Shown: piece by piece, positions 15,251 to 23,284 of the stretch
Numbering within the stretch: position 1 is the first letter of the stretch
How the letters are laid out: every line of letters starts with the position of its first letter
NCBI GenBank assembly: GCA_018240025.1
Contig: JAFEGM010000034.1
Span: 31,639-63,638, forward strand
Origin: Verrucomicrobiota bacterium
Lineage (GTDB): Bacteria; Verrucomicrobiota; Verrucomicrobiia; Chthoniobacterales; SZAS-18
Direction of reading: 5' to 3'
DNA: 32,000 nt
The notes under the pieces: generated by a model
Database searches by the model: none
Told to the model about the DNA's origin: nothing
What the model saw: the letters and a program-made list of their open reading frames with translations, nothing else
Translations under genes and position numbers: made by a program

Positions 15251-16471
15251 GTGCAGACCTCCCGTTCCGACGCCGGGCCCCGCCGGACTTCCGCCCAAGA
15301 CCCGTTCGCCGACGAAATGGAGGCCATTCGCCGCGGCCCGCTGCTGCGCCGTCTGCGCGAGATGACGGTCGGTGCCGACGGGTCGGTCGTGCCGGCGGCT
15401 GGCGCCTTGGTCAATTTCGCCTCCAACGACTACCTGGGCCTGGCGTCGCACGACGCGTTGCGGGAAGCGGCCAAGCGGGCGATCGATCAGTACGGGATCG
15501 GTGCCGGCGCTTCGCGTCTCGTCTGCGGCACGATGACGCCGCATCTGCAGCTCGAGCGCCGGCTCGCGCAGTTCAAGGGCGTGGAGGCGGCGCTGACCTT
15601 TTCCTCCGGCTATGCCGCCGCCCATGGGGTGATCGGCGCGCTGGCCACCGAGGGCGATGTCCTGATCTTCGACAAACTTCTGCACGCCTGCTTCATCGAT
15701 GCCGCCCGCGGTTCGAAGGCGGTTGTGCGGGTCTTTCCGCACAACCACTTGGGCAAACTCGAGAGCCTGCTGGAATGGGCCCAGCAGGAGCATCCCCAGG
15801 GCCGGGTGCTGATCGCGACGGAATCGATCTTCAGCATGGACGGCGATCGCGCGCCGCTGCGCGAACTGGTCGCCCTGAAGAAGCGCTTCGGCGCGCTCCT
15901 GCTCGTCGACGAGGCCCACGCGCTCGGCGTGGCCGGCTCGCACGGACGGGGGCTGGCGCACGAGTGTGAAGTGCACCGCGAGGTCGACATCCTCATGGGC
16001 ACGATGAGCAAAGCCCTGGGCGTCTCGGGCGGGTATCTCGCCGGAAGGCGCTCGCTCATCGACCTGCTCATCAATCGCGCTCGCAGCTTCATCTTCTCGA
16101 CCGCCCAGCCGCCGGCGTTGGCGGCGGCGGCGCACGCCGCCCTCGAACTGCTGGCCTCGGACGAAGGGGAACGTCTGCGCCTCGCGCTCTGGCAGAACAT
16201 TCGGCAAATGAACGCGCAGCTCCCGCCGGCACCGGGCGGGTCTTCGGCCACGCGCCGGGCCGAGAGCGCCATCTTTCCGTGGATCGTGGGCGACGAGGCC
16301 AGTGCCGTGGACGTCTCCGCCCGTTTGGCGGAGGCGGGATTCTTCGCGCCGGCCATCCGTTATCCGACCGTGGCCCGCGGCGCGGCCCGCCTGCGGCTGA
16401 CCATCAGCGCGCGGCATCGGCCGGAGCAGATTCAGGCCCTGACGAAGTGCCTGAGCGGGTTGGCGCTTTAA
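15251..16471 (+). CDS. bioF: 8-amino-7-oxononanoate synthase (alpha-oxoamine synthase, BioF-type)
   Basis: FASNDYLGLA, GAGASRLVCG, FSSGYAAAHGVIGAL, SIFSMDGD, LLVDEAHALG, GTMSKALG (PLP lysine). Start is uncertain: GTG at 15251 is preferred because the BioF N-terminal helix (DPFADEMEAIRRGPLLRRLR) precedes the ATG at 15317. Confidence 0.85.
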   Translation: MQTSRSDAGPRRTSAQDPFADEMEAIRRGPLLRRLREMTVGADGSVVPAAGALVNFASNDYLGLASHDALREAAKRAIDQYGIGAGASRLVCGTMTPHLQLERRLAQFKGVEAALTFSSGYAAAHGVIGALATEGDVLIFDKLLHACFIDAARGSKAVVRVFPHNHLGKLESLLEWAQQEHPQGRVLIATESIFSMDGDRAPLRELVALKKRFGALLLVDEAHALGVAGSHGRGLAHECEVHREVDILMGTMSKALGVSGGYLAGRRSLIDLLINRARSFIFSTAQPPALAAAAHAALELLASDEGERLRLALWQNIRQMNAQLPPAPGGSSATRRAESAIFPWIVGDEASAVDVSARLAEAGFFAPAIRYPTVARGAARLRLTISARHRPEQIQALTKCLSGLAL

Positions 16472-16490
16472 GGGTCGTCCGAGGAACGGG

Positions 16491-16922
16491 CTACGGGCCG
16501 AACTGCACGGACTTCCCAAAGGCCTTCGTCAGCAGCTGCCGCACCTCCGCGGGCGGAGCGACGGCGCCGTGGAGTTCGATCTTGAAGTCGGCCGCCTGGA
16601 GCAGGACGACGTCGCGCCCGGCGACCCGCTCGCGCCGGACCGTCCAAGTGCGTGGTTTCGCGTCCAGCCGCGCGCCCGGCTTGGCTACAAAGATCGTGCC
16701 AGAGACCTGACCACGCCGCAGGGCACGACCGTCGTAGTAGTTGTACGCCTTCCCATCGATGTAGTGGGCCGCCGGGTCTGGCGTGGCGCCGTCGAAGTTG
16801 GCCGGATTCCGCAGCTTCCCGAACGCAAAGGTGAGGGAGGCGGGATCGGCCGCGAGAGCTGATGCCACCCAGCCCAGCACGCAGGCAGAAGCGACCAGGA
16901 TGCGCCAGAGCGGACGTGACAT
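16491..16922 (-). CDS. Small secreted hypothetical protein (143 aa)
   Basis: Signal peptide MSRPLWRILVASACVLGWVASALA. Coding-like third-position GC. No recognisable domain. Confidence 0.6.
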   Translation of the reverse strand: MSRPLWRILVASACVLGWVASALAADPASLTFAFGKLRNPANFDGATPDPAAHYIDGKAYNYYDGRALRRGQVSGTIFVAKPGARLDAKPRTWTVRRERVAGRDVVLLQAADFKIELHGAVAPPAEVRQLLTKAFGKSVQFGP

Positions 16923-17000
16923 GCGGAAACTTCGCGCCGCCCGCCTCCGAGTCCACCATTGTTCTTGTCAGTTGGCGGTCCGCCGCTTTGGTGCCGGGAC

Positions 17001-17804
17001 ATGCCCTCCGCCGCCGAGATCATCGAAGCCATTCCGGTCATTTTGTCGCTCATCATGATCGAGGGGCTGCTCTCGGTGGACAATTCGCTCGCGATTGCCG
17101 CCATGGCCCGGCGAGTAGCTCCGGAGCGTCGGCAGGCGGCGCTCAACTGGGGCATGGCCGGGGCCTACGGCTTCCGCTGCCTTTGTCTGATTTTCGCCTC
17201 CGTCATCATTCAGTACACTTCGATCAAAATCCTGGGCGCGGCCTACCTCGTCTATCTGATGTGCGTCGAGCTGACCCAGAAGGAAGAGAGTGACGAGGAG
17301 GGCGGAGGGGCGGGGGAGACACCGGTGGAGGCGCGATCGTTCGGGTCCGTCGTGGCCGGGATTCTCTTTCTCGATGCCAGCCTCAGTGTCGACAATGTCA
17401 TCGCGGCCATCGCCATGACCGACAAGCTCTGGGCCGTCTACGCGGGTGTGGGCATCGGCATTCTCTCCCTGCGCCTGCTGGCCGGATGGTGCATCCGCAT
17501 GATCGAGAAGTTCCCGATCTTGGAGAAAACCGCGTTCCTGCTGGTCGGCTACGTCGGACTGATCCTGCTCTTCGAACTTGCTACGAAGACGCATCTGGGG
17601 CCCGCGGGCAAATTCGTGGGCATCGTGGTGATCACGGCAACCTGCCTGGCTTACGAGCGTTCCGCCGCGCTGCGCACGGCCCTGGCCCCGCTGATCTTCG
17701 TCTTCCGGCCCATCCTGGCCGGGGTGGCGACCGTCTGCGGGTGGATCGTCTGGCCCATCAAGGCGCTGGCGAATGGGATCATCGCTCTCTTCGGCTCGAA
17801 GTGA
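17001..17804 (+). CDS. TerC-family integral membrane protein
   Basis: Duplicated motif EGLLSVDNSLAIAAMA ... DASLSVDNVIAAIAM separated by an acidic loop, with multiple TM helices. ATG at 17001 within tracked ORF 16959..17804. Confidence 0.8.
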   Translation: MPSAAEIIEAIPVILSLIMIEGLLSVDNSLAIAAMARRVAPERRQAALNWGMAGAYGFRCLCLIFASVIIQYTSIKILGAAYLVYLMCVELTQKEESDEEGGGAGETPVEARSFGSVVAGILFLDASLSVDNVIAAIAMTDKLWAVYAGVGIGILSLRLLAGWCIRMIEKFPILEKTAFLLVGYVGLILLFELATKTHLGPAGKFVGIVVITATCLAYERSAALRTALAPLIFVFRPILAGVATVCGWIVWPIKALANGIIALFGSK

Positions 17805-17862
17805 CGCCTTTGGCCGCGCATTGATTCTTGATTCTTCTCGCTTCCCCGCTTTAGCGGGACGG

Positions 17863-18429
17863 GTGCCATCCGCCTTTTCTGCGCTCCTGACGTCCGCCGC
17901 CGAGGCCATCGCCTCGCTCACACCCCTGGAGGGGGAATTCGAGCGTGCCTGTCGCGCTGTGGCCGAGACCTTTGCCCGGGGCGGGAAAATGCTGGCCTGC
18001 GGCAATGGCGGCAGCGCGGCGGACAGCGCCCACCTCACGGCCGAGTTCACCGGACGGTTCATCCGGGATCGCCGGCCTTACCCCGCCATCTGCCTTAGCG
18101 CCGAGACCAGCCTGCTCACTGCGGTGGCCAACGACTACGGCTACGATGAGGTTTTTGCCCGCCAGGTACGCGCCTTCGGCCAGCGGGGCGATGTCTTCCT
18201 GGGGTTCACCACCAGCGGCAATTCGCCGAACGTCCTGCAGGCCCTGGGCGTGGCGAAGGAACTCGGAGTCACGACCATCGCCTTTCTCGGTCGGGACGGC
18301 GGCAAGGCGCGTGGCCTGGCCGACATCGAACTCCTCGTTCCTCACGCTCTGACCGCCCGGATTCAGGAGGCGCACAAAGTGCTGCTGCACGGGCTTTGTG
18401 AAGAAGTGGAAAAGCTCCTCGGCCACTGA
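17863..18429 (+). CDS. gmhA: SIS-domain phosphoheptose isomerase (GmhA/DiaA family)
   Basis: GGKMLACGNGGSAADSAHLTAEF, GFTTSGNSPNV, IQEAHKVLLHGLC. GTG at 17863 places about 41 residues before the GGK motif, as in GmhA. The tracked start at 17773 would overlap the TerC gene. Confidence 0.8.
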   Translation: MPSAFSALLTSAAEAIASLTPLEGEFERACRAVAETFARGGKMLACGNGGSAADSAHLTAEFTGRFIRDRRPYPAICLSAETSLLTAVANDYGYDEVFARQVRAFGQRGDVFLGFTTSGNSPNVLQALGVAKELGVTTIAFLGRDGGKARGLADIELLVPHALTARIQEAHKVLLHGLCEEVEKLLGH

Positions 18430-18432
18430 GAC

Positions 18433-19344
18433 ATGATCGACAAAATCTCCGCCCTCGCGACCCAGGTCGGTCGCATCATCGTGGGCAAGGAAGCCCAGGT
18501 GCGCCTCGCCACGGCCTGTCTGCTCGCCCGCGGGCATCTGCTCATCGAAGACGTACCCGGCGTCGGCAAGACCACGCTTTCCCAGACGCTGGCGGTCTCG
18601 CTGGGGCTGAAGTTCCGCCGCATTCAATTCACCAGCGATCTGTTGCCGGCCGATGTCGTGGGAAATTCGATCTTCGACCGCACGCTGGGGCGCTTCGTCT
18701 TTCATCCGGGTCCGATCTTCGCCCAGGTGGTGCTGGTCGATGAGATCAACCGCGCCACCCCCAAGACGCAGAGCGCGTTGCTCGAGGCGATGGAGGAATT
18801 CCAGGTCTCGATCGACGGCGAAACTCATCTGCTGGAGCGGCCGTTTTTCGTCATCGCAACCCAGAACCCGCGCCAGCAGATCGGCACTTTCGCGCTGCCG
18901 GAGTCGCAACTGGACCGCTTCCTCATGCGGCTGGAGCTCGGCTTTCCCGACCGTGCCAGCGAGCGGGAAATGTTGGCGGGCGAGAGCCGACGGGAGATGT
19001 TGAAGACGCTGCAGCCGGTTTTGACGGCGACGGAACTGGAGTCGATCCAGGCAGCCGTCCCTGGGGTGCACGCCGCGCCCGCGCTGCTCGACTACGTGCA
19101 GGACCTGCTGGAGGCGAGTCGGCGCGAACATCCGACCGGCCTTTCGCCGCGGGCGGGTCTCGGCCTGCTGCGCGCCGCCCAGGCCTGGGCGTTGATGGCC
19201 GGCCGCGAGATGGTCGTGCCCGAGGACGTGCAGGCGGTGGCCGCCGCGGTCATGGCGCATCGCCTCGAACTCGGGGCCGAGCATGGCCGTCCCTCCGGCC
19301 GTGCGCTGGTGTCGCAGCTCCTCACCCAGACTCCGGTCGGCTAG
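18433..19344 (+). CDS. MoxR-family AAA+ ATPase
   Basis: IVGKEAQVRLATACLLARGHLLIEDVPGVGKTTL (Walker A), VVLVDEINRATPKTQSALLEAMEE (Walker B / sensor), FFVIATQNP. ATG lies 3 nt after the gmhA stop. Confidence 0.9.
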   Translation: MIDKISALATQVGRIIVGKEAQVRLATACLLARGHLLIEDVPGVGKTTLSQTLAVSLGLKFRRIQFTSDLLPADVVGNSIFDRTLGRFVFHPGPIFAQVVLVDEINRATPKTQSALLEAMEEFQVSIDGETHLLERPFFVIATQNPRQQIGTFALPESQLDRFLMRLELGFPDRASEREMLAGESRREMLKTLQPVLTATELESIQAAVPGVHAAPALLDYVQDLLEASRREHPTGLSPRAGLGLLRAAQAWALMAGREMVVPEDVQAVAAAVMAHRLELGAEHGRPSGRALVSQLLTQTPVG

Positions 19345-19355
19345 GCTCGCCCGCC

Positions 19356-20297
19356 ATGACGCTTGCGCAGCGCTTCAACAGCCTCATGCGCCCGGGCCGC
19401 GTCTACATCCTGCCGACCCGCGCAGTCATCACGCTCGCGCTGGTGCTGTTCGCGATGTGGTACGCCGCGGTCTCCCAGAACAACCAGATGGCCTATCTGC
19501 TGCTGTTCTTCCTGGCCAGTCTGGCGGTGCTGTCGATGAACTACACGCACTTCAATCTGGTGAAGCTGCGGCTCCAGGCCGGCCGCATCGCCCCGGTCTT
19601 CGCGGGCGGGCAGGCCGAGTTGCCCATCACCCTGACCAATCAGTCGCGCCGCGCGCGCCATTCCGTCGAGGTGGCCGTCGACGGCCAGGCCGGCTATTTC
19701 GTCGCGCTCGTCCCGGCCGAGGGTGGCTCCGGCAGCGCGCGCCTGCTCGTGCCGGCTCCCAGGCGCGGGCTGCACCGCGTGCCTCGACTGGTGGTGCGCT
19801 CGATCTATCCGCTCGGGCTGTTCGAAGGCCGCGAGTACCACCATCTGACCGACGCCGAAATGCTCGTCTACCCCGCGGCGGTCGGTCCGCACCCGCTGCC
19901 GACGGGCGACTCGACCACCCGGCAGGAACAGAGTGCGCGGGGGGAGGGTGGGGAGGACTACGCCGGGACGCGCCCGTACCGGATTGGGGAATCGCAGCGC
20001 CATGTCGACTGGCGCGCCGTGGCCCGCGGCCAGCCCCTTCTGCTCAAGCAGTTCGCCGGGGCCGGCGGCGAGCGCATCTGGCTGGACTGGGAAGCGCTGC
20101 CGGGGCTGGACGGGGAAGCACGCCTCTCCCAACTGGCCCGCTGGGTGATCGAAGCCGAACGCGGGGGATTCCAATACGGTCTCAAGCTGCCCGGGTTCAC
20201 CTCGCGACAGTATCGCGGCCACGACCACGAGCAGGCGCTGCTGCGCCAGCTGGCCCTCTTCGACCTCGCGCCGGCCCCGATGCCCTCCCAGCCATGA
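19356..20297 (+). CDS. DUF58-family protein (vWA-like MoxR partner) with an N-terminal double TM hairpin
   Basis: DYAGTRPYRIGESQRHVDWRAVARGQPLLLKQF is the DUF58 signature. Two N-terminal hydrophobic helices. Confidence 0.85.
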   Translation: MTLAQRFNSLMRPGRVYILPTRAVITLALVLFAMWYAAVSQNNQMAYLLLFFLASLAVLSMNYTHFNLVKLRLQAGRIAPVFAGGQAELPITLTNQSRRARHSVEVAVDGQAGYFVALVPAEGGSGSARLLVPAPRRGLHRVPRLVVRSIYPLGLFEGREYHHLTDAEMLVYPAAVGPHPLPTGDSTTRQEQSARGEGGEDYAGTRPYRIGESQRHVDWRAVARGQPLLLKQFAGAGGERIWLDWEALPGLDGEARLSQLARWVIEAERGGFQYGLKLPGFTSRQYRGHDHEQALLRQLALFDLAPAPMPSQP

Positions 20298-20680
20298 ACG
20301 CCCCTCCGCATTCCATCGCTCTCGAGACCTTTCCCCGCGACGAGGAGACGCGGGCCGCCCTTTACTGGATGGGCGACGACTACGGCACCCGTCTCGCGCG
20401 CGACCTGAGCCGCCAGCTGGCCGAGGACGATCCGCACGGGCGTATGCTGCGGCTGAAATGCGTGGGCTGGCCGAAGCTCGAGATTGAATCGCGCGAAACC
20501 GACGAACGCGTCTTGGGTGTGCGAGCCGAGTTCCAGCTGCAGGCGCTCATGCAGGCCGGCGACGGCAGCCACTGGCGACTGGCCATCCGCTCGATTTACA
20601 CTGCCACCGATCTCGAGCGCGAGGACGGCGGCTCCTTTGGCGCGGAGAGCGAAGTGCTCTCCGCCGAACCGGCTCCATGA
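20294..20680 (+). CDS. Hypothetical acidic protein (128 aa), no recognisable domain
   Basis: Its ATG overlaps the DUF58 TGA (ATGA, 20294-20297) and its TGA overlaps the next gene's ATG (ATGA, 20677-20680). Third-position GC is strong. It corresponds to the last 129 codons of the otherwise spurious tracked ORF 19283..20680. Confidence 0.6.
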   Translation: MNAPPHSIALETFPRDEETRAALYWMGDDYGTRLARDLSRQLAEDDPHGRMLRLKCVGWPKLEIESRETDERVLGVRAEFQLQALMQAGDGSHWRLAIRSIYTATDLEREDGGSFGAESEVLSAEPAP

Positions 20681-22749
20681 ATGCCTTGGCGCAAATCGCG
20701 GCCGCACGCCCGGGCGATCCGCCGCCGCCGGGCCGCGCCATGGGCTGGATGGCGCTGAGCGTCGCGCTGGCCGTCATTCCGACCTTTTTCTATCTGCCCC
20801 TTTGGGCTCCGCTGTATTTCGGGGCCTGCGCCTTTTGGCGCTGGCGGATCGAACGCCGGGTGCGCGCCATCCCGCCGGGCACCCTCCGGGCGGCGATCTT
20901 TGCCCTCGGCTGTGTCCTGGTGGCGGTGTTCGCCAGTGGCGACGGCAGCCGGCAGGCGCTTGGTTTCTTGATCGTGCTGACCTCGGCCAAACTGCTCGAG
21001 CTGCGCACCCGCCGCGACTACATCATCACCGCTCTGCTGGCCTATTTCCTCATCCTCAGCGGGTTCTTCTTCAATCAGAGCCTGCCGCTCGCGCTCTATA
21101 CCGTCGTCTCCCTGCTCATCATCACGCAGACCCTGGTGATGTGTTGCGGGGCGACCGAAACGCGACCGTCGCTCCGCCTGGCGGGTTCGATGTGCCTGCA
21201 GACGCTCCCGGTGGTCGTGCTGCTCTTCGTCTTCTTCCCCCGGCTCGAGGGTCAGCTCAATCTTTTCAATGTCCGTTCGCGCACCGGCCTCCCCGGTATC
21301 AGCGAGAACCTCCGCCCGGGCGAGATCGCACGCCTGGCGGAAAGCGAGGAGATCGCCCTGCGGGCCGAGATCGTGGGCGGAAAGGCGATCCCGCCCGCGG
21401 AGCTTTACTGGCGCGGGCCGGTGCTGCTGCAATGCGACGGACTGGCCTGGTCGCCAGGCCGGTTTCAGCTGGAACGTGGCTCCCCCAAGCAACCGCCCGC
21501 GGCGGACGCGCCGGGCATCTACACCTGTCGCATCACGATCGAACCGCACGAAAACCGCTGGGTCTTCGCGCTCGACCGGCCGGTCGCCTACGCCACGCGC
21601 GGACTCTACTTCACCGCCAGCGGCTCGGTCGAGAACCGGACGCCGCTGCGCCGCAAGGAGCTCTACATTGTGACGTCGCGGGTCCCCCAGCGGACGCCTC
21701 TTCCGGAGGATCTGGCCCCGCCCGCACCTGCTTATCTGCAGACGCCGAATCACTTGCCCATCCGGGTCCGGCAATTGGCCGAGAGCTGGAAAATGCGGAC
21801 CGGAGGCGATGGTGCCGCCATCGTGGCCGCGGCGCAGTCGTACTTCCGTGCGGAAGGATTCCGTTACTCCCTCAATCCGGGAACGTACGAGGGGCCGACC
21901 GCGATCGAGGAGTTCCTCTTCGAGCGCAAACGTGGATTCTGCGAACACTATGCCGCGGCTTTCGCCACTTTGATGCGCGCGGCGGGCGTGCCGGCTCGAC
22001 TCATTCTCGGCTATCAGGGTGGGCGCACGAATTGGCTCACCAATCACCTCACCATCCTGCAGTCGGATGCCCACGCTTGGACGGAGGTCTGGCTGCCGCA
22101 GCGCGGCTGGGTGCGCGTCGACCCCACGGCAGAGATCGCCCCCGAGCGCCTCAGCCTGGGGCGGGATCAGTATGCGGCCCTGGAGCAGCTGGGCTCTCTC
22201 AGCCCCGCCGAGCGGTTGCAGGCCCTTTTCCGACTCAATAATCCAACCGGCTGGCGCTGGGTGATCCGCAGCGCCGCCATGGCCTGGGATTCCGTGGACC
22301 ATCAATGGAACCTGCGCGTGGTGGGCTTCGGGTTCGATTCCCAGCGCGATCTTTGGCGGGACTTCGGAATCGATGCCTTCGGCTTCATGGGAGGGGGCAT
22401 CGGTATCATGATTGGACTCGGCGTCGGTGCCGGCATCTCGGCGCTCGTGCTTTTGCTGCGGTCCCGAAGTTCCGATGTGGTCGACCGCCGGGCCTCGGCG
22501 ATCGCCAAGCAGTATGCGCGCTTTTGCGCGCGTCTCGCCCGCGTCGGCGTCGCCCCGCGCCAGCCCGCGGAAGGGCCGCTCGACTTCGCGTCCAGGGCAG
22601 TGGCAGCGCTGCCGGAGCAGGCCGGGTCGATCCAGCAGATCACCGATCTTTACATCCGCCTGCGTTACGGTCGGTCGACGGGCGCCAGCCTCGATGACCT
22701 CAAGCGCGCGGTGCGTGAATTCGCTCCCAAAGCGGCGCGCTCGGCCTGA
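20677..22749 (+). CDS. Membrane transglutaminase-like protein (polytopic N-terminal domain, transglutaminase core, C-terminal TM and tail domain)
   Basis: About 6 N-terminal TM helices. Core RKRGFCEHYAAAFATLMRAAGVPARLILGY (Cys422, nt 21940-21942) ... DAHAWTEVWLPQRGWVRVDPT (His, Asp). A further TM region GGGIGIMIGLGVGAGISALVLLL. Confidence 0.85.
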   Translation: MNALAQIAAARPGDPPPPGRAMGWMALSVALAVIPTFFYLPLWAPLYFGACAFWRWRIERRVRAIPPGTLRAAIFALGCVLVAVFASGDGSRQALGFLIVLTSAKLLELRTRRDYIITALLAYFLILSGFFFNQSLPLALYTVVSLLIITQTLVMCCGATETRPSLRLAGSMCLQTLPVVVLLFVFFPRLEGQLNLFNVRSRTGLPGISENLRPGEIARLAESEEIALRAEIVGGKAIPPAELYWRGPVLLQCDGLAWSPGRFQLERGSPKQPPAADAPGIYTCRITIEPHENRWVFALDRPVAYATRGLYFTASGSVENRTPLRRKELYIVTSRVPQRTPLPEDLAPPAPAYLQTPNHLPIRVRQLAESWKMRTGGDGAAIVAAAQSYFRAEGFRYSLNPGTYEGPTAIEEFLFERKRGFCEHYAAAFATLMRAAGVPARLILGYQGGRTNWLTNHLTILQSDAHAWTEVWLPQRGWVRVDPTAEIAPERLSLGRDQYAALEQLGSLSPAERLQALFRLNNPTGWRWVIRSAAMAWDSVDHQWNLRVVGFGFDSQRDLWRDFGIDAFGFMGGGIGIMIGLGVGAGISALVLLLRSRSSDVVDRRASAIAKQYARFCARLARVGVAPRQPAEGPLDFASRAVAALPEQAGSIQQITDLYIRLRYGRSTGASLDDLKRAVREFAPKAARSA

Positions 22750-22782
22750 GGCGGAGGCGATCCAGCCGCGGCCGTTGCCGCA

Positions 22783-23196
22783 TCAGCGAGGATTTGTCGG
22801 CACGGCCGGCGCCGGCGCGGGTCGCGGCGCCTGGGGCGGCGCCGCCTGTCGCGGCGCGCCGATGCTTGGCCCTCGCTGGCCGCGCCACGCGTTGCCCCGC
22901 ACGGAGGGATTGCCTCTCCAGCCGCGCGAGCCGCGATACGAGCCGCCACGGTAGTACTTTCGCACGCCCGGGCGTGCCACCACGCGGGTGCCGCCGTAGT
23001 AGGTGCCGCCATAGTAGTAGGGGGCACCGTAGCTGTAGGGGCCCCCGTAGTAGGGATCGTCGTAATAGGCGCCGCGATATGAAACCGTTTCGAAGCCGGC
23101 GCCGACGCAGCCGGAGAGGCCGAGAGCGGCGACGCCCAGCAGGGGCAGGGCCATCCGGCGGGAAGCCTGGAGGATGGAACAGAGCGAGATCTTCAT
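22783..23196 (-). CDS. Lipoprotein with a Tyr/Gly/Arg-rich low-complexity body and a Pro-rich tail
   Basis: Lipobox LGLSGC, then YRGAYYDDPYYGGPYSYGAPYYYGGTYYGG...YYRGGSYRGSRGWRGN...PQAPRPAPAPAVP. ATG at 23196, alternative ATG at 23154. Confidence 0.55.
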   Translation of the reverse strand: MKISLCSILQASRRMALPLLGVAALGLSGCVGAGFETVSYRGAYYDDPYYGGPYSYGAPYYYGGTYYGGTRVVARPGVRKYYRGGSYRGSRGWRGNPSVRGNAWRGQRGPSIGAPRQAAPPQAPRPAPAPAVPTNPR

Positions 23197-23284
23197 GAGC
23201 GAAAAGTTGGGTCTAGCCCACAGTTCGCGCGCCGTGTTCCGACCGGCTCGGTTCCTAACGAGCTTGTAAGCGAGGACGCCGGCA

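Noticed and set aside
16923-17000. Possible yybP-ykoY (manganese) riboswitch upstream of the TerC-family gene.
   Set aside because: The leader is only 78 nt and is shared with a divergent gene. I could not find the conserved GGGGAGUAG or GAGACAU-type elements.
17845-17858. Hairpin cccgc-ttta-gcggg as a rho-independent terminator for the TerC-family gene.
   Set aside because: The stem is only 5 bp and no U-tract follows. It lies just upstream of the gmhA start, so it is too weak to call a terminator.
19283-20293. First 337 codons of the 465-aa plus-strand ORF 19283..20680.
   Set aside because: This part overlaps the MoxR 3' end and the whole DUF58 gene in another frame and is Arg/Pro/Ala-rich. 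Only the part after the ATG at 20294 fills a real gene gap.
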